Source: Deltaproteobacteria bacterium
GTDB taxonomy: Bacteria > Myxococcota_A > Polyangia > Polyangiales > Houyiibacteriaceae
Length of the DNA stretch: 64,000 nt
Reading direction: 5' to 3'
NCBI GenBank assembly: GCA_034670305.1
Contig: JAXMNT010000003.1
Location: 128,001-192,000, forward strand
The notes under the pieces are model-generated. The model did no database searches, was not told where the DNA came from, and saw only the letters and a program-made list of their open reading frames with translations. Position numbers and translations under genes: made by a program. Shown here in pieces: positions 9,885 through 18,509 of this stretch (position 1 is its first letter; the number at the start of each line of letters is the position of its first letter).

Positions 9885-10904
9885 ATGACCTTGCGTTTGT
9901 GGTGTGTGGTGGGTCTGGCGTGTGGTGTGGCGCTGGCTTCTTCTTGTAGCAGTGACGACGGACCGGGCGGCAGCTGCCCCGGTGTGGATCCCTCCGCCAT
10001 GTGCGGCACGGACCTCGGTCGTCGACTCCCTGCGATGGCGACCGGTTCGACCGTCGGTGGGCCGGACGACTACTTCGGCGCGTCGTGCGGAGGGGGCGGC
10101 GTCGCGGCCGACGCGGCCTACACCTGGACCGCACCAAGCGCGGGCCGCTACCACATCAGCACCGAAGGCTCCGACTTCGACACGATCCTCTACGTCCGCC
10201 AGGGCGGCTGCGAGGGCTCCGAAATCGCCTGCAACGACGACGTGCAGCGGGGCACGCTGCACTCGCGCCTCTCGCTGGAGCTCGAGGCCTGCGAGACGAT
10301 CACGATCATCGTCGACGGGTTCAACGAAGCCGCCGAAGGCGCGTTTGAACTTCGCATCGAAGGCACCGAGACCAGCTGCGACGACGGCTTGGACGACGAC
10401 GGCGACGGCGCGGTGGACTGCGAAGACCTCGACTGCTTCGGACCGAGCTGCACCGGCACCGACACCTACCCCGCCGAGTGGGAAGCGCTCGAGTGGCAGA
10501 TGCTCGAAGAGGTCAACCGCTACCGCGCCATGGGCGCCACCTGCGACACCGATGTGTTCGGCCCCGCGCCGCCGCTCGAGATGGACACGGTGATCCGCTC
10601 CGCCGCGCGCCCCCACAGCATCGACATGGGCGCGCAAAACTACTTCGAACACGACAGCTTGGATGGGCGCACGTTCTCCGACCGGATGGAGAACGCCGGG
10701 TTCACGGGCGGCTTCCCCTGGGGCGAGAACATCGCGGCGGGATACGGCACCGCGGAGGCGGCCACCGCCGGACTGATCCGCAGCCCGGGCCACTGCCGGA
10801 ACATCATGAACCCAGCGTTCACGGTGATCGGCATCGGCTACGCCTACGATCCGATGTCAGAGTTCGGCCACTACTGGACCCAGGACTTCGCCGGCTCGCA
10901 CTAG
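9885..10904 (+). CDS. Lipoprotein with PPC-like domain and C-terminal CAP (SCP) domain
   Basis: ASSC lipobox; STEGSDFDTILYV..CNDD; VNRYRA..AAR.HS.DM..YFEH..GENIAAG..SPGHCRNIMNP..IGIG..YWTQDF. Confidence 0.88.
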   Translation: MTLRLWCVVGLACGVALASSCSSDDGPGGSCPGVDPSAMCGTDLGRRLPAMATGSTVGGPDDYFGASCGGGGVAADAAYTWTAPSAGRYHISTEGSDFDTILYVRQGGCEGSEIACNDDVQRGTLHSRLSLELEACETITIIVDGFNEAAEGAFELRIEGTETSCDDGLDDDGDGAVDCEDLDCFGPSCTGTDTYPAEWEALEWQMLEEVNRYRAMGATCDTDVFGPAPPLEMDTVIRSAARPHSIDMGAQNYFEHDSLDGRTFSDRMENAGFTGGFPWGENIAAGYGTAEAATAGLIRSPGHCRNIMNPAFTVIGIGYAYDPMSEFGHYWTQDFAGSH

Positions 10905-11236
10905 CCCTCGAGTTCCCAGACTTCCATCAGCCACGAGAGCAGTTCGGACTCTGCGCCGTCGATCCCGTCGACGGCGGCGAGGCCGACGAGGACGCCGTAC
11001 ATCCATTCCCGGACCATCTTGCGCGGCAGTTCGGAGACCAGGTCGCTCAGCTCTTCCATCTCCATCGTCTGCGACTCGGTCATCATCGACCAGAACGAGG
11101 TCGCGCCGATCTCGCGTGCGAGCGCCGACACCGCCGCCGCTTCCTTCGGAGTGAACTCGCCGTCCATGCGCACCATGAGCCGGACGAGCCCCGCCAGGGC
11201 GAGCTGTTCTTGTGCGTCGAGATCCGAGAACTTCAC
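10901..11236 (-). CDS. TerB-like small protein
   Basis: MVRMDGEFTPKE and LAAVDGIDGAESELL paired TerB-type motifs; GTG 11236. Confidence 0.65.
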   Translation of the reverse strand: MKFSDLDAQEQLALAGLVRLMVRMDGEFTPKEAAAVSALAREIGATSFWSMMTESQTMEMEELSDLVSELPRKMVREWMYGVLVGLAAVDGIDGAESELLSWLMEVWELEG

Positions 11237-11270
11237 GAGTTGCCTTTGCGTTGGGGTCGGGGCGCCGGGC

Positions 11271-12398
11271 TCAGCGCAAGAGAAGGACGACCAGTGCCGC
11301 CGCCGCCAGCAGCACGAGGACAAGCAGTATCCACAATCCGGCGCGGCTTGTGGGGAGATCCACCGCCTCCTCGTCGAGCGCGGGTGTGCGGGCGCGTTTG
11401 GAGCCCCGGGACACCAGCGGGACCGGCGCCGCGGACGGGGGCACGTAGCCGGGCGGTGGGCCGGGGATGTCCTCGGCGCTGATCGCCGGCATCGTGTCCT
11501 TGTAGGCGCTCGTCGGATCGAGCACCCCTTCCCACGTCTTGCGCGCCCGCAGTTCCGCAAACGGGAGGAGTGCACTGCCAAACGCCGAGATGCTGGCGAA
11601 GCGGTTCGCGGGTTCCCGGTCGAGCGCCCGCTCCACCGCGTCGGACAACTCTTCCGGTACCGAGACCAGCGCGCCGAGCGGCGTGTACTGGCCTGCCATC
11701 TGCAGTTCCAAGAGCTCGAAGAACGTGTCGACGGGATGTCGGCGGCGCCCACTCAACATCTCGTACAGGAGCGCCGAGAGCGCGAACTGATCCGCCCGCG
11801 CATCCACCCGCTTCGCGCTGTCGAGCTGTTCGGGCGCCATGTAGACAGGCGTGCCGAGCATCGCTGAGCTGTTGGTCAGGTCGATCCCGTCGAACAACTT
11901 GGAGACCCCGAAGTCCATGATCACCGGTCGCGTGCCTTCCGAGTCCGGCACGAGCATCACGTTGTCCGGTTTCAGGTCCCGGTGCACGACCCCCGCCGCG
12001 TGGGCCGTGGCCAAACCCGCCACGAGCGGCAAAGCCACGCCGAGCGCGTCGTGAAGCGGCATCGCCCCGCGACCGAGGCGCGTCGCCAAGGTCTCGCCGG
12101 CCAAGAGCTCCATGATCAAGTACGGCCGTCCCTCGAACACACCGAGGTCGTGCATCGTGACGACGTTCGGATGTTCGAGCCGCCCGGCGACCTTGCCTTC
12201 CCGCAAGAACCGCTGGACCGCTTCAGGCGATTGCGCGAGCGCCGGATGCAACAGCTTCAGTGCGAACGATCGATGCAGCTTCGTGTGCGCGACCTCGTAG
12301 ATGTCGCCGGTCTTGCCCGAAGCGAGGTAGTGAACCACCCGGTAAGAGTCCAGAACGGTGCCGGGCGCGAGCCGGGCGTCTTGGTGCGTCCCCTGCAC
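11271..12398 (-). CDS. Ser/Thr protein kinase with C-terminal membrane anchor
   Basis: FALK, HRDLKPDN, DFG, GTPVYMAPEQ, ADQFAL; hydrophobic C-terminus. Confidence 0.93.
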   Translation of the reverse strand: MQGTHQDARLAPGTVLDSYRVVHYLASGKTGDIYEVAHTKLHRSFALKLLHPALAQSPEAVQRFLREGKVAGRLEHPNVVTMHDLGVFEGRPYLIMELLAGETLATRLGRGAMPLHDALGVALPLVAGLATAHAAGVVHRDLKPDNVMLVPDSEGTRPVIMDFGVSKLFDGIDLTNSSAMLGTPVYMAPEQLDSAKRVDARADQFALSALLYEMLSGRRRHPVDTFFELLELQMAGQYTPLGALVSVPEELSDAVERALDREPANRFASISAFGSALLPFAELRARKTWEGVLDPTSAYKDTMPAISAEDIPGPPPGYVPPSAAPVPLVSRGSKRARTPALDEEAVDLPTSRAGLWILLVLVLLAAAALVVLLLR

Positions 12399-12452
12399 GG
12401 GCGGAGCCTACCACCTGGCTGCGTGCCGCGGGCAGCGCTCGACCCACCGAGT

Positions 12453-13883
12453 TCAGCCGGCCACTCGGAGCAAGCCGCGCTCGAGCACTTCGAAGATCCG
12501 CGGCCAATCGGCGAGCGGCACCACGGGCATCGGCGGCAGAAGACGAAGGTGCACCGGGCCGTGTCCGCACCAGAACACGACCGCGCCTTCGTCGTAGATC
12601 GCTTTGGCGGCCGCGACGATCTTCTCTTTGACGCCGCCGAACGGCGTCAGCCGCATCATGCCGCCCGCGCCACCGAACAACGTCGTCGTGCCTTCGGCCT
12701 TCGGGAACAGCGCGGGGTGTTTGGCGATCAGCGCTTTGCACTGGGTGCGGAAGGCTTGCTGGTGCTGGCTGAAGAGGCCCGTCTCGCCGTAGCAGCCGCC
12801 ATTCGCGAGCTCGTCGAGAATCGCGAGGCCCACCGCGAAGTCGGTCGTGCCGCTGGTGAACGTACCGCTGAGCAGACCCGGCTGCGGGTTGAACTCCTCG
12901 GTGAACATCGCCGCGCACGTGTGGGTCATCTTGCCGACACACAGCACATCGACGTACTCGCCGACGCCGAAGTGGTCGTACGCGAACATCTCGGTGGTCC
13001 GCCCGAACGACTGGATCTCGTCGTCCCAGACCGGGATCTCGTTCGCCCGCGCGAGCTTCATGACCTCGACCAGAAAATCGCGCGGCGGCACGTTGAATCC
13101 GCCTTCGCCCTGGATGAGTTCGAGCACGAGACACGCGTGTTTGCCCGGGTAGCGGTCGATGTACTCCTGCATGCGCGCGAGCACGTCGTCGATGACCTTC
13201 TTGGCACCGTGTGCTTCGGCCGCGACCGGATCCCAGAAGGGCAGGTAGTCCACCGCCTGGTTCACCGGCAGGCCGACTCGGGCGCCCGCGCTGTCGCCGA
13301 TGGAGGTCATCGTCAGGCTGCGCCCCATGAAGCAGTGCTCGAACGCCATCACGCGATCCGCCACGTGCCCCGCGAGGTGCCGCTTCTGCATGCAGACCTT
13401 GAGCGCGCTCTCGTTCGCCATCGCACCCGAGGTCGTCAGAAACGCGTGCCGCAACTTCGAGCCCTTGCTCGCGTGCTCGACCAGCTTCTTGGCGAACTCA
13501 TAAGGGATGGTGCCCGACTGGAGGTTGCCGTGTTTCGTCGTGTCCTCGAGCGACGCTTCCAGCGACGCGCGGACCACCTTCGGATGGGAGTGACCGAGCA
13601 CGTGCACGCCGATGCCGGTGACCAGATCCCACTTCACCGAACCGTCCGCCAACTCCACCAGCGCGCCACGCCCGGCGCCACTCCCGAGGTACGGATACAG
13701 AAGCGCGCGACCGCGGGAATCGCCGGCGGTCTTCACGAGCTCGTCGTACGCGACCTTCAGCTCGGGGTTGGGCGGACGCACGTCCGTGATCGATGCGGTG
13801 GCCGACTCGACCTCCGCGACGATCGTGTCGAAAGCCGCCTGGATTGCGGGGTTGCCCCGCAGCGATGCGCCGATGGTGCTCAT
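12453..13883 (-). CDS. Class-III PLP-dependent aminotransferase
   Basis: TSGAMANESALK, F.GRS, ELIQGEGG, DEIQS.GRT, VGK (PLP Lys), SGTF; ATG 13883. Confidence 0.9.
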   Translation of the reverse strand: MSTIGASLRGNPAIQAAFDTIVAEVESATASITDVRPPNPELKVAYDELVKTAGDSRGRALLYPYLGSGAGRGALVELADGSVKWDLVTGIGVHVLGHSHPKVVRASLEASLEDTTKHGNLQSGTIPYEFAKKLVEHASKGSKLRHAFLTTSGAMANESALKVCMQKRHLAGHVADRVMAFEHCFMGRSLTMTSIGDSAGARVGLPVNQAVDYLPFWDPVAAEAHGAKKVIDDVLARMQEYIDRYPGKHACLVLELIQGEGGFNVPPRDFLVEVMKLARANEIPVWDDEIQSFGRTTEMFAYDHFGVGEYVDVLCVGKMTHTCAAMFTEEFNPQPGLLSGTFTSGTTDFAVGLAILDELANGGCYGETGLFSQHQQAFRTQCKALIAKHPALFPKAEGTTTLFGGAGGMMRLTPFGGVKEKIVAAAKAIYDEGAVVFWCGHGPVHLRLLPPMPVVPLADWPRIFEVLERGLLRVAG

Positions 13884-13925
13884 GGGCGCGGAGCGTACCG
13901 CGCGGGTTGGTGGTATCAACGGCTC

Positions 13926-14411
13926 ATGGCGAAAAAGCGACCGGCGAAACGCAAACGAGCCGCCCCCCAAGCCGGCCAGGGGTGTCCCTGCGGTGGGGCG
14001 TCGTACGAGTCGTGCTGCGGCCCGATTCACGCGGGGACACCGCCGCGCGACGCGGAACAACTGATGCGGTCCCGGTTCAGCGCGTTCGTCCGCAAGGACG
14101 GCGCCTACATCTGGCGCACCCTGCATTCGGAACACGACGCCAGAAGCGGCGAACAAGCCTCCTTCGTCCAGTCGATCGCCTCGACCCGGCGCCGCTACAC
14201 GGCGCTGCGCGTACTCGACACCGCACCGCCCGACCGGGACGGCGCGGCCATGGTCCTCTTCGCTGCCCGCTTCGACGACGGCCTTCGCAAAGGCCACCTC
14301 GTCGAGCTCAGCGTGTTCCTGGACGAAGGCGGATGGAAGTACCTGGCGGGTGAGATCTTCGACCTCGCGGAAGACCAGATCGAGGGCCTGACGATCGCCA
14401 CGCTTCGGTAG
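13926..14411 (+). CDS. ychJ: YchJ-family (SEC-C motif) protein
   Basis: CPCG..YESCCGP.H.G, AEQLMRSRFSAF, E.S.F....WKYL.G. Confidence 0.88.
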   Translation: MAKKRPAKRKRAAPQAGQGCPCGGASYESCCGPIHAGTPPRDAEQLMRSRFSAFVRKDGAYIWRTLHSEHDARSGEQASFVQSIASTRRRYTALRVLDTAPPDRDGAAMVLFAARFDDGLRKGHLVELSVFLDEGGWKYLAGEIFDLAEDQIEGLTIATLR

Positions 14412-14472
14412 CTCGAGAGCCACCCTTCGATGGCCGCTCGCCGCGGGCGGCGAACGCGTCTACGACTGCGCC

Positions 14473-15471
14473 ATGCGCGACGCCTTCAACGCCACCCGCT
14501 TCGAGCGCGGTTCCCAGGCCGGCCACTACGAGAGCTGGTTCCAGCGGGCCAACCACCCCACCCGGCCCGAAGCGTTCTGGATCCGCTACACCATCTTCTC
14601 GCCGAAGGGCCGGCCCCAAGACGCGATCGGCGAACTCTGGGCAATCCATTTTCGGCGCGCAGGCGACGAGAACCACATCGTCGCGGTCCGCGAGGAACAT
14701 CCCATCGCCGCGTGCCGCTTCGCCAGCTCCGGCATCGAGACCTCGATCGCTCACGCTCAGCTTCGCGATGGCGCGTTGACCGGACGCGCGGCCACCAGCC
14801 ACCACGCGATCGCCTGGGACCTCACGTACGAGGGCGGCATGCGGCCGCTGCTGCTGTTGCCCGAGCGCCTCTACGCCGGCGGGTTCCCCAAAGCGAAAGC
14901 GCTCGTGGGGACGCCGCTCTGCACCTACCGGGGCCACTTGGAGGTCGACTCAGAGCGCGTCGACATCGACGGCTGGGTCGGAAGCCAGAACCACAACTGG
15001 GGCAGCAAACACACCGACGAATACGCCTGGGGACAAGTCGCTGGCTTCGACAACGAACCCGAGGCGTTCCTCGAGGTGAGCACCGCGCGGGTGCACCTGG
15101 GACCGATCAAGACGCCGTGGCTGACGCCCATCGTCCTGCGGATCGGTGAGCGCGAGTTCGCGATCAACGCCCTCTGGCGGGCGGTGCGCAACAAGGGCCG
15201 CTACGACGCGCGGTCGCTGGAGTGGCGCTTCTCCGGCAGCCAGGGCAGCACCCGCATCGAGGGACATGTCTCGGCCCCGCGGAGCGCGTTCGTGGCGCTT
15301 CCGTACGGCAACCCGCCCGGCGGCGTGAAGACCTGCCTGAACTGCAAACTCGCCCGCTGTGAGGTCGAGCTGACCGAAGGCGGAAGGACCCGGCGTTTGC
15401 AAACCGCCGACCGCGCCGCGTTCGAGATCCTCACCGACACCACCGATCACGGCGTCGCACTGGCGTTCTGA
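14473..15471 (+). CDS. Conserved hypothetical protein, tocopherol cyclase/AttH-like fold
   Basis: HYESWF..AFWIRYT, GSQNHNWG.KH..YAW pattern; fold assignment by recall. Confidence 0.55.
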   Translation: MRDAFNATRFERGSQAGHYESWFQRANHPTRPEAFWIRYTIFSPKGRPQDAIGELWAIHFRRAGDENHIVAVREEHPIAACRFASSGIETSIAHAQLRDGALTGRAATSHHAIAWDLTYEGGMRPLLLLPERLYAGGFPKAKALVGTPLCTYRGHLEVDSERVDIDGWVGSQNHNWGSKHTDEYAWGQVAGFDNEPEAFLEVSTARVHLGPIKTPWLTPIVLRIGEREFAINALWRAVRNKGRYDARSLEWRFSGSQGSTRIEGHVSAPRSAFVALPYGNPPGGVKTCLNCKLARCEVELTEGGRTRRLQTADRAAFEILTDTTDHGVALAF

Positions 15472-15562
15472 GCGTCTCGCGGCGCGAGCCAGGCCGGGAA
15501 TATCCCCCTTGGACCTGGCTGCGATCTGAATCATGCTGCGCAGCGGTACACGGAGGAAACTG

Positions 15563-15970
15563 ATGAACCGACTGACCCTTATGGGAATGCTTGCTCTCGT
15601 CGCCGCGGCTTGCGGTGGCCCCCAGGAATACGCGATCGCTGGCACCGAACGGGCGGCTGGCGCCGACGGGATGGTGATCGTGGAAGAGATCGAAGGAAAC
15701 CGCATGGTCTCCGTCGAGCTCGAGCACCTGCCGCCGCCCGACCGCATCAGCGGCAGCGCCACGGTCTACATCGTGTGGATCCAGCCGAACGGCGCGCAGC
15801 CGACCATGGCTGGCCGCCTCGAGTACGATCCCGACGACCGGGTCGGCCGCATGCGCGCGACCACGCCCCACACGAACTTCAAGGTGCTCGTCACGGCGGA
15901 AGCCGATGCACAGGCCGCCTCCCCGTCCGACGTGGTCGTCGCGCGGCAAGAGGTCTCCGGCGAAGACTGA
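15563..15970 (+). CDS. Small lipoprotein, RskA-like beta domain
   Basis: GGAGG RBS at 15552; AAAC lipobox; LEHLPPP..YIVWI..G.L..VLVTAE..PS. Confidence 0.75.
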   Translation: MNRLTLMGMLALVAAACGGPQEYAIAGTERAAGADGMVIVEEIEGNRMVSVELEHLPPPDRISGSATVYIVWIQPNGAQPTMAGRLEYDPDDRVGRMRATTPHTNFKVLVTAEADAQAASPSDVVVARQEVSGED

Positions 15971-15994
15971 CCCGGTGAGCCTCTCAGGCTGCTG

Positions 15995-17431
15995 GTGACC
16001 TTCATGACTCCCCCGGAATACGAGCTGCCACGCCCCGTGGCACGCTCAGGCCGGGGGAGTTTTTCGTTGGTCGGGGCGCTGCTGCTGACATGCATCCTCG
16101 GCGTGGCCGACCTCGCGCACGCACACGGCAGGCCCCCATCCCTTCAGCGCATCGTGCGCGACCCGACCGATGCCGCACACGTCGTTGCGCAGGCGACCTG
16201 GGGACTCGCGTCCACCGTCGACGGCGGGGCCAGTTGGCAGTGGAGCTGCGCTGCCGCGTACGATGTCGATCCCCGGATGGAGGATCCCCGGATCGGGTTC
16301 CTGCCCACCGGCGCGCTCTACCTGACGACCTTCGGCGGGCTCTACACCACGGGCGACCACTGCGGCTTCGCATCGGATGGTGACCCGAGTTTCGGTGGCT
16401 ACCCGATCGATCTCGCGAGCGACGCAAGCGGCGGACTCTTCGTGGCGATCAACGTCGCGTTCGAGACCGACGAGCTCTGGTACCGCGATCCCAGTGGCGC
16501 GTGGGCGCTGCAAGGTCCCGTCGGCACGGTGGAGGACCTGGTCGACACCTTGGTGGGATCACCTTCGGATCCTACGCGGCTCTACACCGGCGGCGGATCG
16601 ATCCGGCAGCCCGATCTGAGCCGGCGCATCTTCATCCAGCGGAGCTCCGACGCCGGCCGCACCTTCGAGACCACCTACTTCGAGCCGCGCGGCGAGGAGT
16701 ACGCCATCCACGTTCTGCAGGTCGACCCTGCGAACCCCGACGTGCTCTGGGCGGTCACCCGGACCTTCGACGGCGAAGCGGCGCAGGAACGGTTGCTTCG
16801 AAGCGTCGATGGTGGCGCCACCCTGACAGTCCAGCACGAACTTCCCCAGCTGCTCGGCTTCGCGATCGGCACCGACGGGCACGTCTGGGCCGGCAGCGCG
16901 CTCGGTGGGCTCTTTCGATCGTCGGACGGAGGCGAGACCTTCGAACGCATCAGCGAGACCCACGTGCGCTGCCTCCACGAACACGATGGCGCCATGTGGA
17001 TCTGTGGCGACCCAGGACTCGACGGCCATGCCATCGCGGTTTGGAACGAAACACTCGGAGCGGCGGAGCCACTGCTGGAGCTCTCGGAGATCCTGCAGCA
17101 GCGCGACTGTCCGACCTGCACCGACGTCGGCGTCGAGTGCCCTTCGTGGTTGCCGGACATCGTCTTGGACCTCGGTCTCGATCCGGAGGAAGCTGGGCTC
17201 ATGGGGCCGCTGCCGGATCCGGACGCCGGCTCGACCGGTGCCCCGCGCGACGCCGGTCTGCCCTTCGAGTGCGGGGGACCACCGCCCCCTGACACAGGGT
17301 GCGGTTGTCGCATCGCCCCAAACGAAAAGAGCCCGACCACCTGGGCCGGGCTCATTCTCACTGCGGGCGCGCTCGTTCAGCGACGTCGGCGGCGCAGAAG
17401 CACCAGGCCGAGCAGACCGAGCAAGCCGTAA
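15995..17431 (+). CDS. Secreted BNR/Asp-box beta-propeller protein with MYXO-CTERM signal
   Basis: AHAHGR signal cleavage; Asp boxes STVDGGASW, RSSDAGRTF, RSVDGGATL, RSSDGGETF; GCGC + TM + RRRRRR tail. Confidence 0.85.
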   Translation: MTFMTPPEYELPRPVARSGRGSFSLVGALLLTCILGVADLAHAHGRPPSLQRIVRDPTDAAHVVAQATWGLASTVDGGASWQWSCAAAYDVDPRMEDPRIGFLPTGALYLTTFGGLYTTGDHCGFASDGDPSFGGYPIDLASDASGGLFVAINVAFETDELWYRDPSGAWALQGPVGTVEDLVDTLVGSPSDPTRLYTGGGSIRQPDLSRRIFIQRSSDAGRTFETTYFEPRGEEYAIHVLQVDPANPDVLWAVTRTFDGEAAQERLLRSVDGGATLTVQHELPQLLGFAIGTDGHVWAGSALGGLFRSSDGGETFERISETHVRCLHEHDGAMWICGDPGLDGHAIAVWNETLGAAEPLLELSEILQQRDCPTCTDVGVECPSWLPDIVLDLGLDPEEAGLMGPLPDPDAGSTGAPRDAGLPFECGGPPPPDTGCGCRIAPNEKSPTTWAGLILTAGALVQRRRRRRSTRPSRPSKP

Positions 17432-17763
17432 GGCGCGTCGCCGGTGTGCCCGACGGAGCAACCGCCGTCGTCGCCACCACCACCACCGCCTGCGTCCGTT
17501 CCGCCGCCGCCTGCGTCGGTCCCGCCCGAACATGCCGGCGTGGTGCGCTGGCTCCAGTTGCGCTGGTCCTGCGACGGATCACAGAACTCGCACGCATCCG
17601 CCGGGTTGGCTTCTTCGGTCGCACGGCAGCTGCCGTCGATCAGACAGCACGCGCCGCCACAACAAATGTCCTGGGTGACCGAGCCGACTTCTTGCGCCGA
17701 GGCCGGCGCCGAGAATCCAAAGGCGCTTCCAACCAGCGCGACCATCAACAAACGAACCTTCAT
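17377..17763 (-). CDS. Small Cys-rich secreted protein with MYXO-CTERM (paralog A)
   Basis: GGAGG RBS; signal peptide ..ASAQ; CCGGACC..C..CEFCDP..W..C; GGCSV + TM + RRRRR. Confidence 0.88.
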   Translation of the reverse strand: MKVRLLMVALVGSAFGFSAPASAQEVGSVTQDICCGGACCLIDGSCRATEEANPADACEFCDPSQDQRNWSQRTTPACSGGTDAGGGGTDAGGGGGGDDGGCSVGHTGDAPYGLLGLLGLVLLRRRRR

Positions 17764-18317
17764 CGTGTCCTCCGTCGGCGCATCACGACGCCCAAAGCCA
17801 AAAGTGCGAAGCCAGCCGATGCGGGGCTCGTGCCACCCACCGAACACCCGCCGTCGTCGTCGGGCGTGCTGCCCGCATCCACGCCGGAGGGACCGGAGTC
17901 CATGCCGCCAGCGCCCGAGTCGGTGCCGGACGGTCCGCTGTCCGCCGCAGCCGGACCCGAGTCCACCTCGGCGGGCCCTGCGTCTTCTTCCATCGGGCCG
18001 GCGTCTTCTTCACCAGGCCCCGTGTCGGCCGGACCTGCGTCCATGGCCGCCGGACCACCGTCGACGTCGCCCGCGCACTCCGCGGTGTCCTTGCGGGTCC
18101 ACTCGAACTGGTTGACCGACGGATCGCAGGTCAGGCAGGAGTCCATCGGGTTGTCGGGATCCTCCGGCCGCACGCAGCCAAATCCGCCGATGCTGCAGCA
18201 GCGGGCGCCGCAGCACACCGCCTGTGACACCGATCCGACGCCGTCGTCGGCGAACGCACCCGCGGGGGCAGCCCCTACGAGCAGCGCCAACGAAGCAAGC
18301 CATGTCCCTCTTCTCAT
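17760..18317 (-). CDS. Small Cys-rich secreted protein with MYXO-CTERM (paralog B)
   Basis: Signal peptide ..AFAD; CCGARCC..C..CLTCDP..W..C; DAG/DSG linker; GGCSV + TM + RRRR; ATGA overlap with paralog A. Confidence 0.88.
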   Translation of the reverse strand: MRRGTWLASLALLVGAAPAGAFADDGVGSVSQAVCCGARCCSIGGFGCVRPEDPDNPMDSCLTCDPSVNQFEWTRKDTAECAGDVDGGPAAMDAGPADTGPGEEDAGPMEEDAGPAEVDSGPAAADSGPSGTDSGAGGMDSGPSGVDAGSTPDDDGGCSVGGTSPASAGFALLALGVVMRRRRTR

Positions 18318-18358
18318 GTGATCCCTACCTTCCGGACGCGAGGGTACCAACCGGGGAC

Positions 18359-18410
18359 CCACAACTCCAATACTCAACCCATCGTGGAGTTGTGGAATTA
18401 GTCTGAATTA
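18359..18410. promoter_or_regulatory. Perfect 11-bp inverted repeat plus GAATTA direct repeat in divergent intergenic region
   Basis: CCACAACTCCA (18359-18369) N15 TGGAGTTGTGG (18385-18395); GAATTA at 18395 and 18405. Confidence 0.55.
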
Positions 18411-18509
18411 AGCGCCCGCACCTCTTGGGACGAGGGTCATCGAATGCAGGTCGCCCGGGACCACCACCCTTTGGCGTGCTCATTCAGGCTGGCCTGCTAT
18501 TCGCGCGGG

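Noticed and set aside
10901..12398. Anti-phage TerB/kinase defence system
   Set aside because: Only a small TerB-like gene beside a generic membrane kinase; no other defence genes nearby
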